Assembly (NCBI RefSeq): GCF_035084215.1
Contig: NC_090326.1
Span: forward strand, 43,400,001-43,464,000
Origin: Heptranchias perlo
Taxonomy: Eukaryota
DNA: 64,000 bases
Direction of reading: 5' to 3'
The notes under the pieces were generated by a model that saw only the letters and a list, made by a program, of their open reading frames with translations, had not been told where the DNA came from and made no database searches. This document shows, piece by piece, positions 37,816 to 51,599 of the stretch; position 1 is the first letter of the stretch, and the number at the start of each line of letters is the position of its first letter. The position numbers and the translations under genes were made by a program.

Positions 37816-39765
37816 GAGCCGGACACCACTCTGATGACAACTCACTGCCTACGGCTGTCCACTAGAGTGCCTTGATTCAACAGCCATGGAAACTGTTACC
37901 CGGAACACGAGCCTGCCACTACCCAACAATCCCATAGGAGCGGACTCTGACCGGATACCTCCCTGAGTTCACTCTGTGATTCTTCAGGATTGTACCTTTT
38001 CTTTGGTAAAAAATGTTTTGCCTTAATTTCAAGAGACCTATTGAGAATGGTGACTGGTCTCCCTAACATTGGTCCACACCATTTGAAAAGCACTTTGGCG
38101 TGTTTGCTGTACAGAACTTGTGGTCTTTATGTACGTGATTTGTCTTTATATGGTAGCACAAACTCGATGTATTTGGAAGCAAGGTTATTTGTAAGTGATT
38201 TGTCAACTGTATTACCTTATTCAACTGAAAAATGGTTGTACTGGTAACAAAAAAAAACTTGGGGTAAATTGTACCTCTGCCATATTGTTGGTTGCTGTCA
38301 TTTCATTGGTGATTGTTCCCTGGAGTGATCACATTACATAAATTGAATCTTTTTTTAAATGTTATTTTAATGTGCACATTTATTTTCATATAACTGACCA
38401 AATAATTTTGGTCTCAATTGTTAACTGAATTTACTTTTGCATTGAGCTTAAGGAACTTTCAACAGGAATTTGTGGAATGAAAAGCAAGATGTTGCTGATT
38501 AATATATTTTTGTTGCTTTTTTAAAAAATCCTTTGTGAAAAATTATAGGAGAATCAAGCACCTCTCTCAGTTATAGAAGCAAAGATGCTAAAATGTAGGA
38601 ATGAACAAAAAAAATTGATCACAATATCAGAAATTATCAGAAAGGAATGATTGGCTTGAGAGTACAGGCGTTAATGAGTGGCAAAGGTTCATGTTCCAGA
38701 TAAAACTCGAGCATTGCAACTCAATGGTTAGTCACAATTTAATGTGATCCATCTACTAATGAGTAAGTTTCATGCTAGAACAGGGGTCCTTGAGCAGAAT
38801 ACAGCATTCAAAAGTGCTCCGTGCTTTAATCAGCATGTAGTCCCCTATGCCATGATAAAAGTGCACTGAAATGCTTATCTTAATGACTGTAGTAACAAGA
38901 TGGGGAATTAGTGGTGTACTCAGACAGGCCTGTAAAAGGTAACTGGGACTGCTTGAAATTAAGGAAAGCAGTTACATGTACTTGCAATTTAATTAAACTC
39001 TTCAAATTATGACAATCTACACAAATCTGAATGGAAAGGTCAATTAATCACTTAATATATCAAATTCTCTGCAAATGTTGGACAAGAGTGTAAGAACTTA
39101 GTGAATGGATGCTGAATTGCCCACGTCCAGTTGCCATGGGAAGTTTTTCACTATCTGCTGGAAGATTAGCGTAATATTACCTGCCCTGTTTGTGTAAGAT
39201 TCTTCTACTCCTAATGGTGGAATTATGACTTGCAGAATATAGCTGTTCTTCGTGGCCATAGTTGTTTTAACTAACAGCCCCGTGCATGATGTCTCAATAT
39301 TGAATACAGACAGTGCATGACTACTTACAAGCCAGAGGATGAACTGAAATCATGCTTCTTGAGCAATTGTCTCTTTCCAAATTGCAAGTAAGTGCACAAT
39401 TTACTGCGTTTATCGAAATTATGTACAAGGTATTGTTAGACATAATTGTATATGTCAGTGCATTGGAAACTTTGATATTTCTAGGCTTTTTTTTCTTCCA
39501 TGCACACATGTGCAAGTTAGTATTTGCTTCTATTTTGCTAACTCTTTTTCATGAGGGCTTGCATATAATATGGTGCTGGCATAGTCTGAAGAGATTTGTA
39601 GAATGCCATCAGACAATTATGCATAAAGCTTAAATGAAAATGCCCCCTTCCTTGCTGATGTACTTCCCAAAGTCACATGTCAACAAATTAACAGATTGTC
39701 TGCCCCCCTCCCGGTGCCTGTAAATTTTCACAACTCGCTAATAAACCAACAAATTTTGGAAATAC
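37816..39765 (+). other. MYRIP: Putative MYRIP 3' UTR with poly(A) signal AATAAA at 39740-39745
   Basis: About 1.9 kb of AT-rich sequence with no recognisable repeats, following the stop codon. Confidence 0.55.
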
Positions 39766-40318
39766 TTGGATGAAGACAGGACACATCAATGCCTGTTGAC
39801 ACAACCTCCCCCAAACTGAGATCAGGCCAGTTCTTCACCAAGAGCTGATATATGTTGCATCTTATACCGCAGCCATTTTTGGGGAATACCGTAGGAGCAA
39901 TTTTCAAAAAACTCCAACAGAAGCTATGAGCAGAACTTATTTTTCAGACAAAACTTCCTCCCACAGGGATCAAACAGCTGAAACTCATTCATCCGTTGCC
40001 ATTTTTTGCCCCTTCCCAAATGGAAAATTTTTCAGACTATGATTTCACAGTTTGCCGACAAACTCTTCCCTCCACGATGATGGTACGAATGGTAATGACT
40101 TGTGTCAAACACATCATTGCTCTACAACTCAACACGGAAAAATTCCCAGAAGGAATGTGGAAATTCAGAGCTGCCCATATACAGTCAGAAAGCAGCACAC
40201 TTTTAAGGCTTTCTGGAAAATATATCTCAGCGGCACACAGAGAGGAACGTTTGTGCAATCTTTTTCATGTAAAGTTTCATGCCTGTGTTCATAAGTCATT
40301 GCTGCATTTAGGTTCATA

Positions 40319-40428
40319 GGGGCTAGGGATTTCCACTTCTGTGCCCTCCAGTCTGCAGTTTTCCATCCATTAAATTGAATGGGTGGACAACTTAGGACTG
40401 GCGAGCTCAGAAGTGGAAAACCCTGGCC
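40319..40428. repeat. ~110-bp imperfect hairpin (mini-MITE-like)
   Basis: ctagggatttccacttctg..ccagtc..ccatccatt-aaattg-aatgggtgg..gactgg..cagaagtggaaaaccctgg. Confidence 0.75.
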
Positions 40429-40466
40429 ATAACTTTAAAGGAGTCGCTTGTGTGACAAGGACATGA

Positions 40467-41001
40467 GGGGCCTGAAATTCCACCCTTACACAGGGCGCAC
40501 CTTAAACATTGCAGCCACTGGTGGGGTGGGGTGGGGTGGATCTACCACCAGCCCTCTCTATGCCAACGTGGGTGGGTGGAGGCATTCCTGGGCTTCCCAG
40601 TAATTCAGCCCAGTATGTTTCCTGATAGGCCCAACAAGAGCAGGTGTAGGTTTCATTATGGACCTAATAATGGCCCCCCCAGATTGCCGGAGGGAGCAGG
40701 GAATCAGTCCTGGAGAGTATTAGTTACCTTGTAGGGACAGCCAGATAGCTTCTTTGGGAGCTGTAGATTTGGGGCGTCTCTGTTACTGTGAGGCCCTTCC
40801 CGGACTGCCTCTGCTGCATCGCCTAGACAGCTTGGACCTTGCTGATGCGCCCCGACAGCCATGATTCGTCCGTCCCGACGATGTTAACGACCTTGCTCCC
40901 GCAATTTTGGATAGGGCCAGCGGCCTTCATGTTCGGCCGCCATCGGTTCCACTCCTCCGCACTTGCACCAGTGGAGCGGATCCATTGGAATTTTGGCCCC
41001 C
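40467..41001. mobile_element. MITE-like element with TIRs
   Basis: Left end GGGGCCTGAAATTCC; right end GGAATTTTGGCCCC. Confidence 0.6.
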
Positions 41002-41654
41002 AAATGTTTACCAGTATCCCCACAATGAACAATTAAGTCATAGCATCTATAGTTACCTACACAGTTACACTCTGTGGAGCTCCTGCTATTTGTCTTCCCT
41101 TTCGAGGCCACAGTGACATTGTAGGTGCCCTAAGAACAAATAAAGTAGTAGGCATGTCACAGGGATAGATACTCACTACTAGGCACTTGACTGCATTCAA
41201 TTAGGTGGCCCCGAAGATCCACAATTCCTGGTGCTCCGTGATAGCAGTGGCAGAGCAGGATTTCTAGGACCCAGACCTGGACTGCCAGCTGGGCCCCACT
41301 TGAATCACTGAGTAGGCCTGTATGCCCGTCTCCAGGTTGCTCAGCAACAAGGAGGCCAGGGATGAGGAATTCCGGGCGTAGGAATTCCCTCCACTCTGAC
41401 GTCAGTAGCAATGTTTGACGAAAGTTCCACCAACCCCTGGCCCGGTGCAAATTCCCTGGGATTCTGAGTGTTCCCAGGTCCCACCAGAATTCCCACCTCG
41501 AACGAGCCAATTGTGCCCAACTTGTTCTGTAGGAGTGCTGCTGGGGACAAGAAATTTCAGCTCACTTGGCATAGGTATCAAAGCAATTCTTGAGTTTTTA
41601 AGCATTTTTAGGGGGCTGTATCATTTTCTTTTTTGCTAGTTTTCTAGGTTGTTA

Positions 41655-41955
41655 TATATCATAATGTCCCTCGGCGACATTATCCATAAGCATGGAGTCA
41701 ACTTCCATATACATGCTGATGACTCCTAGCTTTAAGTCTCTGCCACCATCCTTGACTCTGTGACTGTCACTGCGCTGTCCAAAATATTCTCCTACTTAAT
41801 ATTCATAAAACTAAAATGATTTTGTTCGGCTCTCACCAAAAATTGCAAGCCTAGCTCACGATTCCAACATTGTCCTTGGCTAATTGTTTAGGCTGAACCT
41901 GATGGTGCACAACACCAATGTCCTGTTTGAGCTTGGGCGGAGCTTTGCACCCCAT
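41655..41955 (+). mobile_element. L2 RT fragment
   Basis: LGDIIHKHGVNFHIHADDS (RT YADD-like motif). Confidence 0.7.
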
Positions 41956-41959
41956 TACA

Positions 41960-42860
41960 TCATCCTCAGACCCAATTTATTTGTCAGTTATACAAATTCT
42001 GCAGACCCCACTTATCAATTACTTATCCACACCCTGCAGACACAGTTAATCAGCTAGTTATCCATATTCTCCAGACTTAGTTTGCCGTAGTTATTCATGA
42101 CCTCCAAGATCTAGATTATGAGTTACTTATCCGGGTCCTTTGGACCCAGTCATCTACATAATTCGTACCTAATTTACCAGTTAATTATCAGCATCCTCCA
42201 GACCTAGTGTATAAGTTATTTATCCACACCCTCTGGACCTAGTTTCCCAGTTAGGTGTCAATACCCACATAACAGCATACTCACATAACAATAGTGACTG
42301 GATTTTAAAAATTGAATCTGAAGAGCTTCAGGAAGTTTTGAGAGACATGATGAGATTCTTGGTTATCCACTTCCACTAGTCCTAGTTTGCCAGCTATTTA
42401 TCTACATCTTGTGGACTAAGTTAATCAGTTAGTTATCTCTGTGCCTCAGACTCTGTTTAATAGTTATCCACGTCTTCTACCCCCAGTTTACCAATCAGCT
42501 ATCCGTGTCCATTGGATATAATTTTTGGTTCAGTTACCCATATCCTCTGCACATAGTCCATCTGTTTCACCAGTTAGTTATCCATGTGCTCCATTCTGAG
42601 TTTATCAGCCAGTTCTCCATGTCCATTGGTCCAGATTTACAGGTTAGTTACCAAATCCTCTGGATCTAGTTATTCATGTGCATTGGACCTAGTCCACAAG
42701 TTAGTTATTTATGACCATCGGACCTAGTAAACCAGTTAGCTAACCATATCCATTGGACATAATTAACCAGTTAATTATACATATCTTTGACTTGCAGTTT
42801 ATCAACTATCCGTGCCATCCAGACCCAGTTTTCCAGTTATTTATCTGTGCTCCTCGGATT
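41960..42860. repeat. Degenerate ~35-bp minisatellite
   Basis: Consensus approximately tccagacctagtttaccagttagttatccatatcc, roughly 20 diverged copies, interrupted at ~42270-42360. Confidence 0.8.
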
Positions 42861-43919
42861 CCCATTGGTTTGTTTTATATGAAAACACACCTGAGGGTGA
42901 TTAATCCATTAGTAGATGAGATGTCTCGTAATTTTCCGTGGCTGAGTCAAACGTTATTGGTATCGACAGGGTCATTATTTTAAGCACAACTTTAAATTAG
43001 TGTTGCCTAGTTTTGGGACCACATAGACAGCAAAATTTGGTGCTGTGAAATGATCGTGTGAGGCGATTTACTGAGATTAGATGGCATGACAATACTAAAA
43101 ATGAGTCAAAATTAGACTACACATGTAAATAGAAGAGATTGGTGAATAAACCATATTAGTTGATTAGATCTACTCTAGTCTACAATTTAAGCACTAACCA
43201 TGCAAGGACCAGTCACTCTTAGCATATCCAGTGACTGTAAGCTGTTTTAAACTGGTAATGTATTGCATTTTGTGTCACTTCAAATTATACTGACTTCCCC
43301 AGACTATGCCCTGAGGCTTCCTTCACATTTACAAGCAGTACAGTTGTACAGACACTACACCAGCCCACTTAATACTTTTGAAGAATCATTTGAAATGTCC
43401 TGCCTGTCAATAGTCTGTATAGATGTATATTAAATATAAAAATTCATATGTTTTATACATTACATTTTCTTATTATAGTTTTTTTAAAATTAGGAACCAA
43501 TGTGAAGGGTCAAGACCTATGGTGCAAGGCACCATCAAGATTGAAGACAATAGGAGAGAAAACTAGGTAAATCGAGAAGTAGAGCATACGTGCCGCAAAG
43601 CTTTGGTTTTAAAAGCCTGAAATTTGTAGCATTTATGAATTAAGGCATATCATAGCAGTAGCACATACTATTAGAATAAAGTAATAATTGGACCAAATTT
43701 GTTTCACTTTTTCATTACGAGGTTCTGAGTGTTTTTTTCCATTTGGGTTAAACCCAAATATTTTATATTTATTTCCATGATTTAGGTAAAAGATTTCTGT
43801 GACTCAATGCCAAAGGGAACTGGTAGGAAGAGGCTGTAAATGTGAGATACTGCACAATGCTGATGTAGCTTTATAACACTTGTGTGTTTGTTCACTCACA
43901 GTACAAAGTGAAAAACAGT

Positions 43920-44641
43920 GGCCCCAATATTTTCGGGGAGGTGGGGAGGGTGCAGGGGAGGCCGAAAGCAGGTGAAGAACCCGACAAGGCTGGGAACGGG
44001 GAGGTCCTGCTGAATTTAACAGCAGGACCTCATTAACATTTTCTAGTTCCATTTCCTGCCCGGCAGCAGGCCAAATGAATAGCCTGGCCGATGGCTGGGA
44101 GGGAACGCAAATGGCAGGAGGCTGCAGCCAGGGATCCTTAGGGACAGTCCCCAGCAATCAGGAGGGGGGGGGGGGGAGAGAGGCCATGACCAGGAGAGGG
44201 GAGAGAGGCCAGCGATCAGGAGGGCTGTGGATGGGGTGGGGGGGAGAGCAGGCGATTGGGGCTGGGAGAGACTGAAGGTTTCCTGGAGGGGAGGGGGGAG
44301 CACTCCAGCTCCTCCCGGCCCACTAGGAGTGCCGAAAAAGGCACTTACCTTGTGGAGCCAGCAGCTCCCGCCTCCCATTCACTGCCGGGTTTCTTGACCC
44401 CTGGGAAACCCGCACAGCAAAAGTCAATTTTAAACCAAGCTCCCAAGTGCACGGTGGGAGCTCGATTTAAATATGTTAGTGAAGTTTCCTGCCTGTCTAC
44501 ACTCGGACGCCCCGAAATCCGCCACCATACAATAGGCAGCTGGCGCAGGCGTGGCGTGTTGGGAACGTGTTCCCCATATCTAACTCTTTAACCCCGCTCG
44601 ACCCTCTCACGCCCATCATGGGGCAGGCTAATATCGAGGCC
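43920..44641. mobile_element. MITE with TIRs, related to 9509-10360 (opposite orientation)
   Basis: Left end ggccccaatatt; right end aatatcgaggcc; shared internal motif at 44288-44351. Confidence 0.7.
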
Positions 44642-44909
44642 TGTGTGTTTCTTAGAATGTCTCAGGACTGTCACAGCATGCATTAATCTATGGGAAATCT
44701 GTGTCTTGTCTGATGGCACCCAAGGCAATTTCCTCAAAGTCTTTCTATACCCAGCAAGCAACAGGGTAAACTTTATGATATACCCGTCTTGTTACAATTG
44801 CCCCTGGCTGCAGTCTATTGTTAGAGCACTTTATGTACAAAAATAAAGAAATGAAAATAAAGGAAAGTCAGCTTTACAGACGAGACGGACTTTTAGCTAA
44901 TCACAAGAT

Positions 44910-46430
44910 AATTATGGATAAAGGAGGCCATTTGGCCCAACCATCTCATCCAGAAACACCCTTAAGTCCCCTCATTGCAGCATTCTGTTGGTTCTTAAAT
45001 TATTCCATTGATTTTGCTTCCACTTCTCTGTCTGGAAGTGCATTCTATGCATTGAATATTCTTTATGTGCAGAACTTCCTGATATCAGTCTTAAATTTGC
45101 CTTATACTAGTTTAAACCTGTGACACCTTGTTCTATCTGACAGTTTAAAGTAATTTTCCACATTTAACTTTTCATTACATTCTTGTACACCCTCTATAAG
45201 ATCAACTCTCAGACGTTTCCTTTAAAGGCTGAAAAACACAAGTTTCTCCAATCTTTCCTCAAAACTCCAACCTCTAAGACTGGGAATCAGCCTTGTAGCT
45301 CTTCTCTGCACTGTCTCATTTTTGAATGTCTCCATTTAGTCTCAGTGATCAGAACTGGACACGATACTCAAGGTGGGGTCTGACCTGGGCACTGTACACC
45401 TTAATCACGGCTTGCTTCTTTTTGTGACTTTTATTCTGCCGTTTTAGTTATAAAGTTCAACATTCTATTAGTTTTGTTGATTGCTGCTCTGCATTAATTT
45501 TGAGCATCAAGTCTACTAAGATTCTTGGATCGTCTTCAGCTGCATCCCTACCTGAATTTGGAAACAGGAGGAGCAGGAATGTTCCTTCAGGCTCCACATT
45601 AAAACTGCCTGGCTGCTGCCGGCCACTGCTTACCCTCCTCCCCATCTTCTCTGCCCTCCCAGACTTACCGTCGGCCTGGTGCCAGCATCCCCACCACCAA
45701 CCTTCCTCCTCTTCCCGACCGGCACAATGCCTCTTAGGGCGTAACTAGCACCCACAGTGTGCCATTCGCATCTTGCTGACATAAGAGAACCAATTTTGCG
45801 TGGTCCACTTGCATACCAGTTTTGGCGAGGCGGTCATTGCCAACGCTGGGTTTACACGTGAATTCAGGCTTTATTTCTATCTACTCTGTCCCATCCCTTC
45901 CTAATTTTAATGACCTCTAACAATAATTCCCTCAATCTCTTCTGTTCTAATGGAAGCAGCCCCAATTTTTCAAGTCTTCATATTTGTGTTTCCTCATTTC
46001 AGGCAGCATCCTTGTGAGTCTGTGCAGTACACTCTCTAAAGCCTCAACATCCTTCCTATAGTGCAGAGCCTAAAACTGCACACACTGCTCCAATTGTGTT
46101 CTAACTAAGGTTTCATAGAGATTCACCATTACATTTTGACTTTTACATTCTATACCTCTTGCATAATACCCAGTATTCCATTAGCTTTTTTATGGCATAT
46201 TCCACTTGAGGTGCTGCTTGTAATATCTTGTGAACCTGAGGCCCACAAATCCCTCTGCTTTTCCACATCGCCCAGCCTTCCCCAATTCAAAGTAGAATTA
46301 TTACTTTCATTTTTTTTACCAAAATGTACCACCTCACATTTACTGATAGTGAATTCCACCTGTCACATTTTGCCAATTCCACCATCTTATCAATACCCCT
46401 TTGGTCCTCAGAATTATTTACTCTGCCTCC
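44910..46430 (-). mobile_element. Two old CR1 fragments (44910-45530, 45875-46430) separated by a MITE remnant
   Basis: MEFTISKCEVVHFGKKN, KKANGILG; degenerate 3' ends. Confidence 0.7.
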
Positions 46431-47285
46431 TTTAGTATTGTCCCACTCCCTCAACAAACAATTTTTGCATCTCTTCACCCTCCTGTTATACCTAGCTTTC
46501 TCGTTCAAAAACATCCCACTGCAAATACACCTCAAAGCCACCATCTTAATTGTACTTCTCTCAGCTGCTTCCCTTTTACATTTATTTCACTTAGGTGGCT
46601 TCTTTTAAATTTACTTCTTGCAGGTGACTCCTTAGGTGTTGTGAATCTTCGTCAACCTAGCACTACCACTTTTTTTAGTTTCTGCAAGTTATGTGTGGAT
46701 CCTCTTCCAATTTTACATTGCCCTTTTACATTACCTGATCCCAGCTCAAGCTTTACACTGTTCTTTGGCCTATCAGAGTGGAGCTGTTCCACTGATTTGT
46801 TCATTATTTATTTATTTCATCATAAAGTTTATTCAGGCTGTGGGCCCCTTCATAAATTAACTGCCCTTTTAAGTTATCTGGCCCCTGGTAAAACATTACA
46901 CTGTTCCCAGGGCCTTGGTAAGTGCAGCTGTCCTGCTGCACTGGTCTTTTTATTTTAGTCTTGTTTCATTTTACTTACAGTGGAGTCTGTGATCCCCTTG
47001 ATCTTCCTCTTTGGAGTCTCTGGGCCCTACTAATGCCTGCAGATATTTTTTTAAAAGGTCACGGATTCGCTCCAATGCAAATGGCTGCCCTTACACCAGG
47101 CAAGACAGAGAGTTAACCTTTCAGGTGAGAATCAGATTTATACTGAATGTGAAACTCAACCAATCCAAATTAGCTCAATTGAGTTTATTCAGGAATGATT
47201 GAATTTTGATTTAACATGGATTTGGATTTTCCTCCCCATTGTGCATACGTGCCACCATTTGATCAGATTTTGCCTGTTCTAGCAA

Positions 47286-47311
47286 TGTGTGTGTGTGTGT
47301 GTGTGTGTGTG
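47286..47311. repeat. (TG)n microsatellite
   Basis: About 13 TG units. Confidence 0.95.
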
Positions 47312-48741
47312 CGAGATCTCACAGGTGCATTAGCCAGCTCTGTGCATTCAATCTCTTCTTTAAAAAATCACATTATCCTGCCTTTTTGTTTGAAACACAT
47401 TTTTGCATACAAAATTAGCGCAATCTAAACAAAATATTGTTGTATAAACAAGAAAAGTGCAAGTGCCAGAGCTGAGGGATCCTTGTGGGCCTGTTATTTC
47501 ACACAAATACTGCTCAGAACTACTTTATTCCCAGGCCTCTAAGGTTTGATATAGCCCTTTATCTTCACGATTCACATCATCAACCAATAAAGTTGGCAAA
47601 GGTTATTGTTCACACTACTAACTATTGATGCATGGGTAGATTTTTTTTTTGTTAATTATTTTCAGCTGGTTGCCAAATACAGGTGCCTGAAGCTAGTTAT
47701 TGTGGTATGTGTATCGATTGCTCCTAAAAATGGTGTTTAAAAAAAGTGCGTGGTTCATGTAGATATTGGAATGGGTGAATTTACTGGTGGGTCCATAGCA
47801 GGGTTTTGACTGCTGCATGAGTTCTTCAGTTAAAGAAACTGGAACAAAAAACACACACGAATCATGATATAGCTCTAGAGACCAAAAAAAAGCAATTTAT
47901 TAATAAATAATAGCATAGAATATAGCTGTGGTAACAGAAACGTTAACATGACGCATCTCAGTTTGATGAGTTCGTTTCATTATTGGGCAGTACACCAAGC
48001 AAAACAGTGAGTCCGCTGTCAGGTGTGAATCAGGCTTAAGCTAAATTTTAAACCCAACCAATCCAAATTATGCCCGATCGGATTTATTCAGGAACAATGT
48101 AGGTTTGAATTGGCTTCTCTCTTGAAAAAATAAGTCCCATGGAACTTTACTTTTTAGAAATTTCTTCTGGAAAATTGAACCTAGTAATCACAGATCAAGA
48201 GGCGTCTGTTCACCCAGCTATACGTATTAATATGTTTCAAAAGTGTTCCCGTGAACTAAACACAGCATTGACACATGTATTATGTTACGTGTGATGTTTT
48301 TTCCTGGGGAGATTAAATAAAAACAAAAAACAGATAGTGTTCATCCGATATAATAAAGTACCCATGTGAACATTGAATGAATACCATGATATTCGGTGAC
48401 AAAAGCTGTTTTAATAATGTGCCATATCTTTCTATTCAAAGTCTGTACTAAGAATCAAGTATTGTGAGATGTTTTAAAATATATATGGGTTTGGAAAATA
48501 AAGTGGATGTATATGAAGCTCTCGATTCTGTACTTGTTATATCATTTTGTTTTTTTTGAGGTTGAACTATAAAATAAATCCTTCTTTAAATAGGCTGTTT
48601 GTTACTATGCTGCCCTGTCAGTTGGTATATAATGTTTTGCAGACCAACCTTAACACAGGGTCATGTTATCTAATGTCCTGAGATAACCAGGACCATTTTT
48701 TTTGCCTCAAACACTCCTGATAAGTTATTGCTTAGATTGTT

Positions 48742-49320
48742 TGGGCTAGAAATTCAGTACTGCTCCGCCCATTTTACAGGTGTGAAACAGATGCAAATGC
48801 ATCAAATATGGCGGGCGGTGTGTGCGGGCATATTCTGAGCTGGAAGTTGGCTGCCCACCATATTGGTATAGGCATCAAAAGATGCGTCCAGGGCACATGC
48901 CTAAAACAGTTATTAGTCTCTTTGCATATGCAAGTAGGGGGCCTAACGCCTGTTTGAGGCCCCTTTTGTAAACGAAAAACGCAGCCATTGCCGAGTCAGC
49001 TGCGTTCAGGAAAACCAGGTCTACATGCGGCCTAATCAGCGATCCTTTAAAGGACCCCTGCAGACAGCCACCAAAAAGGTAAGTTTTGTAAAAAATACTA
49101 AGCAGAATGTGGAGCTGGGAGGAGCACATCTGCTCCTGCTTCCACGTTAAAACCACAGGCTTCTGTGGGCCACCGCCTTCCCTCCTTCCGATTACCTTCC
49201 TCCCTCCCTCTCCTGGTCACTTCTGTCTCTCTCCCGATCTCTTCCCCCCCCCCCCCCCCCCCCCATTCTTCCAAGACTACCTGAGGGCTGTTGCCGGCAA
49301 CGCAGCGGCTGGAAATTGAA
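48742..49320. mobile_element. Harbinger-type MITE remnant
   Basis: Starts GGGCTAGAAATTC; internal aggtaagt...ggaggagcacatctgctcc motif and C-run; right end unclear. Confidence 0.5.
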
Positions 49321-49689
49321 GAGGGAAGCAAGTGGTGGCCATAACGGGCACAGATCAGGACATACCAGTATCATGGCTAGAGATTTTATCTCATGAAACA
49401 TGGATACTTTATGTGTACGGCATATCATGTTCCATGTTGTGTCAGCTGGAAATGGACGCTACACGTGGTGAGTCAAGGTCTAAGCCTCAATCAAATTAAT
49501 CAATTTACATATTCTTTGAAGAACAAGGGGTATTTCATATGCAAATTCCCTTTCAATCCTCCAGGTGATCGCGTTTTTCAAAACAGAAACAAACAGGCTA
49601 TTAAGCTACTCAGAAACCACAGCTTTATTTTCATCAGTATGTTCAAAATGATTATCATTTTTAATTACCGACTGTTGAGAAGAACTCAA

Positions 49690-50780
49690 CAACAACTTGT
49701 ATTTACATAACAGCTTTAACAGAGAAAACATACCCACAATACTTCAAAGAGATGTAATCAAAAAATAGACGCCAAGCCAAAGAAGCATAATCTTAGAATA
49801 AGGGGCTGCTCTTTCAAAACTGAGATGAGGAGAAACTTCTTCACTCAGAGGGTAGTAAGTCTGTGGAACTTGCTGCCCCAGGAAGCTGTGGAAGCTACAT
49901 CATTAAATAAATTTAAAACAGAAATAGACAGTTTCCTAGAAGTAAAGGGAATTAGGGGTTACGGGGAGCGGGCAGGAAATTGGATATGAAGCTGAGTTCG
50001 GATCGGTCAAGGCCCTGTGGGTGGCGGAGCGGGCCCAGGGGCTGAGTGGCAGGGTCCTGCTCCTATTTCTTGTGTTCTTTAGAATTGAGGTTAGGATCAG
50101 ATCAGCCATGATCTTATTGAATGGCGGAGCAGGCTCGAGGGGCCGATTGGCCTACTCCTGCTCCTATTTCTTATGTTCTTATGTTAGGGGGGGTGACCAA
50201 AAGTTAGGTCAAAGAGGCAAGTTTTAAGTAGAGTCTTAAAGGAGGAGAGAGAGTGGAAAGGTTTAGAGGAGGAATTTCAGAGTGTGGGACCCAGCCAGCC
50301 AATAATTGGGAGAAGGGAGTGGGATGCTCAAGAAGCATGGAATGGGGAGTTTGGCAGTGGGAGGTTAAATAGCTGGAGGACATTCCAGAGTTAGGGAGGG
50401 GTTAGGCCATGAAGGGATTTAAACAAAAGGATGAAAATTTTAAATTTGAGGCACTGAGGGATTGGGAGCCAAAGTAGTTCAGTGAGGATAAGGGTGATGT
50501 GCGAGTGGGACTTGGTACAGGATAGGTTATAGGTAGCAGAGTTTTGGATGAGCTGAAGTTTGGAGTGAATGATGCGAAGCCTGCCCGGAAAGCATTGGAG
50601 TTGTTAAGTCTGGAGGTGACAATGACATATATGGGGGTTTCAGTGGCAGATGGGCTGATGTAGGGGCAGTGGCGGGCGATGTTAGGAGGTGGAAGCAGGG
50701 TATCTTTATGATGGGAAGGATATAGGGCCAAAAGCTCAGTTTGGGTCAAATAGAATGCTAGGATTGTGAACAGTCTGGTT
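49690..50780. mobile_element. Antisense L2 interrupted by a sense CR1 3' end (~49788-50185) with a doubled tail
   Basis: L2 NIARHCPYISPSATET..VTSRLNNSNA on minus. CR1 FFTQRVVSLWNLLP, with two successive cctgctcctatttctt tails. Confidence 0.8.
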
Positions 50781-51599
50781 CATCCTAAAACTCGATTGAC
50801 CATCAAAGAAAAAAGATATCTTGTAACCAACAGAACCTTGCCGGGTCCCCCATTATTTATTTTGCCTCGCAGCTGACATCTGATAGGGGCTGTAGGGGGT
50901 TCTTTTTTATTCATTCTCAGGATGTGGGCATTGCTGATAAGGCCTCCATTTATTTCCCATCCCTAACAACTGAGTGGCTTGCTAGGCCACTTCACACGGC
51001 AGTTAAGAGTCAATCACGTTGGTGTGGGACTGGAGTCACATATAGGCCACACTGGGTAAGGGCAGCAGATTTCCTTCCCTTGAGTACAATAATGAACCAG
51101 TTGGGTTTTTACAACAATTTAGCAGCTCACATTGATGCAAGGCAGTTTAACTCTGGACTCGGTTCCCAATCTGACTTCAGAATACACTGAATCCAAGTAA
51201 TGTGGGAACTCCTCTGACGGGTCATTCTTCCATGTCGTCATTGTACCGTGGAACATAAATCTTGTCCATCATTGTAGTCTTTGTTCTGAACACCGATCTA
51301 TCATGTTTGTTCTTTCTCATTAGTTCAATTTAATTTCTTCTTCCTCATTTATTAAAGCTCCAAGAACAGTTCAGTGATTGTGGCCAGTATGTGAGTCGGT
51401 GCACTGGGAGATGGGGAAGGGGTCTTCAGAGTGAGAACATCAATTCCAGGATGTCACAGCAAGCCACGCTCTGGGGCCTCACTACCTGAGAGCAATGGCA
51501 TGGGGTCTGTATTCTGAACCATGTGTTCCAGCGATGTCTAGTGGCAATTAGGGAGTATTGTGCTGACTCATTTTCGATGGACCTGTGTGTAAATAAGGT

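Noticed and set aside
41960-42860. CRISPR-like array
   Set aside because: Units are contiguous and diverged, with no unique spacers or cas genes, in a vertebrate context.
47430-48620. 3' UTR of an additional gene
   Set aside because: AT-rich with several AATAAA, but no associated coding exon was found on either strand.
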